A stretch of 64,000 nt of DNA, taken from the IMG/VR virus record IMGVR_UViG_3300032167_000006; one strand, 5' to 3'. Below the pieces are notes generated by a model. It worked only from the letters and a program-made list of their open reading frames with translations. It searched no databases and was not told the origin of the DNA. Below are positions 62,132 to 64,000 of the stretch, in pieces (positions within the stretch are counted from its first letter, which is position 1; every line of letters begins with the position of its first letter). This DNA comes from a virus. Its lineage: Duplodnaviria; Caudoviricetes. The position numbers and the translations under genes are program-made.

Positions 62132-63991
62132 CTAAAACTCCTCATCGTCATAAAAATTACTTATATCAAATGCTTCAACCATAGGATGGTGTTTAAGATA
62201 TTTATAAACGTTATCTTTTAAAAACTCCTGTTCAATCCATTCCCAATCCGATGGATTATTTTTATTTCTAATATGTATAGTTCCTAAATAAACAGGTTTA
62301 AGATTCTTTCCTGCAGTATATACATAAGCATCAAAAGAATTATATCTTCTAGTCTCATAAGTATCTGAAGAGTTATTAATAGCATCTTCTATAGACTTAG
62401 CATACTGTTCTTCATCCCAACTATAATATTTAGGATCTTTATTCTTTGCAGCAATCTTGGGTTCTATATGATATGCTTTAAAATCATCAAATGGTACGGG
62501 GATTACTTTTTTATTATTAGTTGGTTTAAAATATTTTTCAGTAATTACTTCGGTTTCAGATATAGGCTCTTCATTTACATAATTTTCTATAACCATAGAT
62601 GCTATAGCCAAGGGCATTAATTTATCACAATAATTATGTGTAGAATTTTTAGATTCTATTTTTAAGATATCGTTATAGAAATTATCCTTATCCTGTAATT
62701 CTTTTAATCTGATTTCACCGATTTCTCTATATTCAGCAAAATCTCCTGAAGTAAATACATTGGTAGCTTCTTTTATATTTTTATTAATAGTCATATAATA
62801 CATTGTATCTGATTCTTGATATACTTTAAAACCATAATCATCATAAACTTTTTTAGCAATTTCATTATTTTTATTAACGGAAAGATATTTACAATTCATA
62901 GATTTTACTGCGTAATCAAGAATCTGTTTTGATAATCCATATCCTTTATAATTTTTGGTTACTTCTAAAGAAACAATCCATTTAGTTTTATCATCGGTAT
63001 ATTCACAAGAGCCAACCATAGCTGCTAATTCATCATTATCAAACCATATATAACCATCACAAATATATTCTTTAGTATCTTTACATCTTACATGCTTAAG
63101 AAAAGGATATTCTTTTTTATATTTATCAATAACTGTTTCTGTAATATGAACTTTTTTAAAAGACGATAAATTCTTTTTACCTTTTGGCTCATAATTTTTA
63201 TCTATGGTTGATTTGGATTCATTAATTCTAACAACTTTACCATCAAAACCTTCGATAAGAGCTTTCTTAATATCCATAAAGATTTCTAATAATTGAACAA
63301 ACTGATTATCTGTAAGGCGTAAATAATGATATTCCCCTCTATCTGTAATCAGTTTTTCTTTCTCTATAGTACGCTGTCTTGAAGACTGCATACCAACAGT
63401 ATTTTTATTATTAGGATTGCTTCCACCATCTTTAACTTCGATAATTAAGTTATATGGAATATATAAAAAGTCTGTTATATAGAAATGCTTTTCACCATTC
63501 ATTTCATATTCTATTGTCGGTCCAGGAGCCATAATATCTTTAGATGGAATCTGCATAACTCTATCCGCAAATTCTAAGAACTTCTTTTCATAAGAACCAG
63601 TATAAGTTACAACTCCGCCGTCAGTAAATTTATACTTACCAGAAATAGATCTATTAGCAAGCATCTTTTTCTGTTGCTCATCTGAAGTGAGAATATTGTA
63701 CGTTCCATGAACTCTAAGCATATTTTTCTGATATTCTTCTCTCATCTTCTGTTTACATCTTGGATCTAAACAAAGAACGTCATAACGTTTAGCATTACTA
63801 TTCCATTTTGTAGGTCTACCACATATTCTACATTTACCAGCGCCCTTAGTATTATTTACTAAATCATAAACTATTTGAGCCGATTCAAAACCATCAGGAA
63901 TAACATCTTCATGCTCATCATCTATATGATTTATAAGATCTTTTCTTATATATCTTTCATCACAATATGGGCATTTATATTTCTTAGCCAT
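62132..63991 (-). CDS. Zinc finger + TnsA/PD-(D/E)xK nuclease + GNAT acetyltransferase multidomain protein (619 aa)
   Basis: C2H2 CPYC..HIDDEH; CRIC..C...C; SYEKKFLEF...FYITDF...IIEVKD nuclease motif; WIVSLEVTKNYKGYGLSKQIL...LSVNKNNEIAKKVYDDYGF GNAT motifs A/B. Confidence 0.75.
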   Translation of the reverse strand: MAKKYKCPYCDERYIRKDLINHIDDEHEDVIPDGFESAQIVYDLVNNTKGAGKCRICGRPTKWNSNAKRYDVLCLDPRCKQKMREEYQKNMLRVHGTYNILTSDEQQKKMLANRSISGKYKFTDGGVVTYTGSYEKKFLEFADRVMQIPSKDIMAPGPTIEYEMNGEKHFYITDFLYIPYNLIIEVKDGGSNPNNKNTVGMQSSRQRTIEKEKLITDRGEYHYLRLTDNQFVQLLEIFMDIKKALIEGFDGKVVRINESKSTIDKNYEPKGKKNLSSFKKVHITETVIDKYKKEYPFLKHVRCKDTKEYICDGYIWFDNDELAAMVGSCEYTDDKTKWIVSLEVTKNYKGYGLSKQILDYAVKSMNCKYLSVNKNNEIAKKVYDDYGFKVYQESDTMYYMTINKNIKEATNVFTSGDFAEYREIGEIRLKELQDKDNFYNDILKIESKNSTHNYCDKLMPLAIASMVIENYVNEEPISETEVITEKYFKPTNNKKVIPVPFDDFKAYHIEPKIAAKNKDPKYYSWDEEQYAKSIEDAINNSSDTYETRRYNSFDAYVYTAGKNLKPVYLGTIHIRNKNNPSDWEWIEQEFLKDNVYKYLKHHPMVEAFDISNFYDDEEF

Positions 63992-64000
63992 AGTAAATAC

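Noticed and set aside
1-64000. tRNA/rRNA genes, introns/inteins, stop-codon reassignment, chimallin or tubulin genes
   Set aside because: No cloverleaf/TTCGA arms or intein/intron signatures recognised by eye; long ORFs are intact under code 11 with TAA, TAG and TGA all used as stops; no ORF recognisable as nucleus shell or PhuZ

Overview
A very AT-rich segment of a large (jumbo) myophage genome of the AR9/PBS1/phiKZ-like type. The host is most likely a spore-forming Firmicute (AGGAGG-type RBSs, SleB-like hydrolase, YdbC/PC4 protein, Clostridia-type dUTPase). About 1-33 kb is a virion module: a 3786-aa tape measure protein with C39-like, tail-lysozyme and CHAP domains, baseplate/tail proteins, a RusA-like resolvase and a paralogous family of probable internal head proteins. 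These genes are preceded by AACA-N6-TA late-promoter motifs. About 33-64 kb is almost entirely minus-strand: probable head-cargo polyproteins, DNA-metabolism genes and many small accessory genes preceded by an AT-rich ATA(T/A/C)TAT early-promoter-like motif. The standout locus (44.5-53.4 kb) is a five-gene cluster built on one ~46-50-aa beta-HTH-like repeat, 31 copies in all. It comprises three tandem SF2 helicases with 9, 6 and 11 repeats, a stand-alone 3-repeat protein and a dUTPase with 2 repeats. The repeats have a fixed scaffold and hypervariable putative DNA-contact positions, suggesting a modular, re-shufflable DNA-recognition system. Several intergenic regions also look like structured non-coding RNAs. 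No tRNA, rRNA, CRISPR array or transposase was recognised. All family assignments are from motif recognition by eye, not database searches.
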